Assembly (NCBI RefSeq): GCF_009914755.1 | Contig: NC_060940.1 | DNA length: 64,000 nt | Origin: the human T2T-CHM13v2.0 reference genome, Homo sapiens | Direction: 5' to 3' (one strand) | Part shown: in pieces, positions 59,770 to 64,000 of the stretch | How the letters are laid out: the number at the start of each line of letters is the position of its first letter | Numbering within the stretch: the first letter of the stretch is position 1 | The notes under the pieces: model-generated | Told to the model about the DNA's origin: nothing | Databases searched by the model: none | The model's input: only the letters and a program-made list of their open reading frames with translations | Program-made: the position numbers and the translations under genes

Positions 59770-61830
59770 TTTTTTTTAATAACTGCTTTACTGAGATATA
59801 ACTCATATACCATACAATTCACCCACTTTAAGTATACATTCAATGGTTTTTAGTACATTTCCAGAGTTGTGAATCATTACCACAATCAATTTTAGAACAT
59901 TTTTATCACCCCAAAAGAAATCTAGTACCTATTAGCAGTCACTACCCATTTCTCCCCTGCTTTCCACAGGCCTAGGCAACCATCCACCTGTTTTCTATCT
60001 CTGGATTTGCCTACTCTGTACATTTTCTATAAATGGAATCATACATTATGTGACTTTCTGTTTCTGGCTTCTTTTACTTAGCATGTTTTTGAGGTTCATC
60101 TATGTTGTAGCATGTATCAATATTTTATTTTTTTATCACCAAATAGTTTCTCATTGTATGGATAAGGATACATTTTATTTTTTTTCATTTACCAGTTGAG
60201 GGGCATTTGAGTTGTTTCTACTTTGTGTCTGTTAAAAATAATGCTGCTGTGAACGTTCGTGTACAAATGTCTGTGTGACCATATGTGTTCATCGCTCTTG
60301 AGCAGGAGTGGAATTGCTGGGCCAGATGGTAACTGTATGCTTATGCTTTTGAGGAACTAACTGTTCTCCAAAATGGTTGCACCATTTCATATCTCTACCA
60401 GTGGTGTATGAGCATTTCGATTTCTTTACATCCTCACTAAGACTTGTTATTTTTGTCTTTTCGATTACAGCCATTCTAGCTGGTATGAAGTGGTACCTCC
60501 TTGCAGTTTTGATTTGCTTTTCCCTTATAGTTAATGTTGGGCATATTTTCATGTGCTTATTGGCAATTTGCATCTTTTCTTTGGAGGAAATGTTTATTCA
60601 GTTTCTTTGCACATTTTTAATTGGGTTGTCTTTTTTTTCTTAAGTTGTAATAGTTCTTGATATATTCCAGGTACAAGTCCTTTATCAGATATATGATTTG
60701 CAAATGTCTTCTTTTTGTGGTTTGTCCTCCATTTTCTTGATTGTGATATCCTAAAGGACAAAAGCTTTTAATTTTAAAGAAGTCCAATTTATCTATTTTG
60801 TTGTTGTTGCTCATGCTTTTGTTGTTACAGCTAAAAAACCATTGCCTCATCCAAAGTCATTAAGATTTATGTTTATGCTTTATTCTAAGAGTTTTATAAT
60901 TTTAGCTTTTACATTTAGTTCCTTGATCTACTTGGGGTCTGTTTTTGCATATGGTGTGATGTAGGGGATTGGTCTCATTCTTTTGCATATGAATATCCAG
61001 TTGTCCCAGCACCATTTCTTGAAGATATTACTCTTTCCTCATTGAATTGTTTTGGCACCCTTGTCAAAATCAATTGTCCATAGATGTGTGGGTTTATTTC
61101 TGGAGTCTCAATTCCATTAGTCTATATGTATATCCTTATGTCAGAATCACATTATTTTGATCACTATAGCTTTATAGTAAATTTTAACATCAAAAAGTGT
61201 GAGTTCTTCAACTTTGTTCTTTTTTTCCAAGATTGTTATGGTGATTTGGGGTCCCTTATAATTCCAAACTAATTTGAGGATTAGCTTATCCATGTCTCAT
61301 AAAAAGGTCCTTGGGATTTTAATAGAGAGTGCATTGATTCATTTTGCAGATCCCCTTGGGTAATATTGACATACTAACAATATTAAGTCTTTTGATCCAT
61401 AAGCATAAGATGTTTTGCCAATTATTTAGGTCTTGTTCAATTTCTTTCTGCAATGTTTTGTAGTCTTGGGCTTCTTTTATTACATTTATTCCAAAGTATT
61501 CTATTTTTAATGCTATTGTAAATGAAATTATTGCTTAATTTTATGTTCAGATTGTTCATTCAAGTGCAGAGAAATACAATTGACTTTTTTATATTGATCT
61601 TGTATCCTGCAAACTTGAACTCATTATTAATTCTAAAAGATTTTTAGGTGATTCCTTGGGATTTTTGTATATGCAAGATCATGTCATCTCAAGATAGAGA
61701 TAGGTTTACTTATTCCTTTCCAGTTGAATGCCTTTTATTCCATTTTCTTACCGAATTGTCCTGCCCAGGGTATTGCTGAAGAGAAGTGGTAAGAGTGGAC
61801 ATCCTTGTCTTACCCCTGGTAATGAATATT
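59770..61830 (-). mobile_element. L1MB7/8-like 3' portion
   Basis: gctttactgagatataactcatataccatacaattcaccc 3' end; reverse ORF2 C-terminal fragments at 60289-60850. Confidence 0.8.
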
Positions 61831-62044
61831 TTTTGAAGGAAACTGCATTTTGATATTGTTTCTTGAAAAACTCTTAAATGAAGAAAAACAAACAAAACTC
61901 TCAATAAAACAAAAAAACTATAGATGACAATTTGTAGCCATACACATTCTACTCTAGAAGGTTTGTGCATCTTGAGAGCTCTCCGTTATGGTGCCTCAGT
62001 GTTTACTGAGGATGGAGAATGCCTTCTCCTGAAACAACAGAAAC

Positions 62045-62430
62045 TGTTATGCATGACAGATTCCCCTTCAAGGAAGGACTTGTCCAGCTCTGGGAATGCA
62101 ATGAGCAGATGGCCTCCAGCTGTCAGCCCCTTTAGGGATTATCTCAGCAGCAGAGAGCTGCCTTGCCTAAGGTCATCCCTCTCCCTAGGTGGCCCACATC
62201 CAATGACTAATGTGATGTGGAAATATAAAGATATGATCATCTCGGCCTAACTCAGGACAAATCTGAAGGGTCATTCCAGCTGTGGGCTTAGTCAAAGCTG
62301 ATGTTTGGCCTACATTGCAGCTAGAATTTTTCCTCTGCCCACTGCTGCTTTTCAATCACCCCTTCCACTGGTGTTGATCCCACCATGCTCCATATCAAAC
62401 TCCACCTCAGAGTTGGCTTTCAAGGAATCC
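62045..62430 (+). mobile_element. LTR16-like (ERVL) solo LTR
   Basis: cagattccccttcaagga...gcctccagctgtcagccccttt...cagagttggcttt. Confidence 0.65.
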
Positions 62431-62799
62431 CCCCAGAAGCACTCATGCCTACCTGTTTGTATGTTGATGGGACCTGGAACTTATCAAATACTTACAGAGA
62501 GGGGCAGCATAAAAATAACATCCCTTGGGAGATTTAAATGGTTTCTTCTTTTCCATATGTAAGCCCTGGATCATTTCTCTTTTGGGAACTAGTAATGACA
62601 TTTTATACATTTCTGGACTGATTTTATACATTTTATACATCCATGGGGTGTTTTCCAATCAGTTCTTGAAAGCTGAATGTGTGAGCTTTCCCAGGATGCT
62701 GACTAAGGAATGATTATCCCAGGATGGTGGATCCTAGCTTATGTGGGGTTCCAATGCTAATTTTTTCATGGTCAACTTTTTTTTTTTTTTGACACTGGA

Positions 62800-63244
62800 T
62801 ATAGTAGGCTGAAAAACAGCCAACCAAAAGTATCAGAATCCAATCCCTGGGACCTGTGCATGTTACCTTAAAAGGAAAAGAGTCTTTGAAAATGTGGTTA
62901 AGGGTCTTCACATGCGGATATACTGGTGGACCCTAAACCCAATTACAAGTTTTCTTATGTGACACACACAGAAGAGAAGACGATGCAACTTTGGAGGCAG
63001 AGATTGGAACAATGTGGCCACAACTCAAGGAATGCCAGCAGCTGCCAGAAGCTGGAAGAGGTGAGAAATAAATTCTTCCCCAGAGAGTCTGGGGGAGATG
63101 TGGGCTGGCCAACACCTTGATTTTGGCTCAGGAAAACCGATTTTGGACTTCTGGTCTCCAGAGTTGTGACAGAATGAGCTTTGGCTGGACTCAGGCCACC
63201 ATGTTTGTGATAATTTTTCCCAGCAGCCTCCGGAGACAAATACA
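62800..63244 (+). mobile_element. MLT1C-like solo LTR
   Basis: tatagtaggctgaaaa...ggagacaaataca; TSD ctgga/ctggg. Confidence 0.8.
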
Positions 63245-63249
63245 CTGGG

Positions 63250-64000
63250 TTTTACCTGTGCTTTCCACTCTGAGGGGGTCTCTATGCTCCTGACCAATAT
63301 TGAGGACAAGGAGAGCAACGTAATGTATGTAAATATCCTATATAGGAGAAAGAACCCCTCCATTTCCTGGTCCAAGGTCCTTCCAGGAAACTATGCTAAA
63401 GGGAAGAAGATATTGATGTGCATCTTCTTGATTTATTGGTGCATGTTGCGACTCAATTCATGGGGAAAACAACAGATCTGGAGGCTCTGCAGGATGCAAG
63501 CTCATTTAAACTCTTTTATGCATAACCTAAAGGTTTCTCCTTATGACCAAAATTTGACTTCACCAAGACAAAGTGAACTAGACTGTGGGGTTTCTTCATT
63601 TATATGTAGTTTGTCTCATTGTTCTATCATTATCATAAACTGGGGAACTTGTTTGAAGGAAACTGTGAGTAATGTAAGAATGGCTTAGATTTATATAATA
63701 TGAACTTTCTTGGTCAAATCCAACTGTGATCTTGGGATCTTGAGTTCCCTTATTGTGGGTGTCAGAATATAAACATTAGACATTTCCCACTTTCTTATGT
63801 CTAGTTTTAACCCCAAGATTTTGGTGGTCTGTACTGTTTTCCCTCCATTTACTAACTCAACTGATTTTATTTCTATTAGTCTTCATACTGTTCTTTACTC
63901 TGATACAATAGATTCTCCATGGATCAATACTGTCAACCCAACACTTTTCATCAAAGACAGTAAAAGTTTTCTTAACAAATCCACAGATGATACAGAGCTG
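63250..64000 (+). mobile_element. Probable ancient CR1/L3-type LINE RT remnant
   Basis: Degenerate RT motifs in the expected order: gacttcaccaagacaaag (~GFTK), ctccatggatcaatactg (~PQGSVL), ttttcatcaaagac (~FIND), aaatccacagatgatacagagctg (~KFADDTKL). Confidence 0.5.

Noticed and set aside
62598-62641. Repeated attttatacat units
   Set aside because: Minor local slippage with no further structure.

Overview
Primate, very probably human, non-coding genomic DNA; a near-perfect AluYa5 points to human. No recognisable cellular protein-coding gene. Bases 1-47.9 kb are a dense, deeply nested retrotransposon field (L1PA2 to L1M, Alu, MaLR/ERV LTRs, MIR/L2). It includes a full-length ~6 kb minus-strand L1PA2/L1HS-like element (6276-12290) with an open ORF1 (R159H), ORF2 broken by a single 1-bp deletion plus a C1147G change, an intact antisense ORF0 with its splice donors, and a short 3' transduction. 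Three candidate + strand exons (5464-5525, 27005-, 35484-35563) suggest a spliced lncRNA. The L1 antisense promoter points toward the last two, and ORF0 SD1 spliced to 27005 would give an in-frame 72-aa fusion with a hydrophobic segment (hypothesis only). From 48 kb there is an orphan CpG island with clustered PBX/HOX/ONECUT-like motifs, then ~9 kb poor in young TEs and rich in homeobox/SOX/FOX/TCF motifs, resembling a developmental enhancer domain. The window ends in L2, L1MB, LTR16, MLT1 and a probable ancient CR1/L3 RT remnant. Subfamily names come from remembered consensus sequences, and the boundaries of old repeats are approximate.
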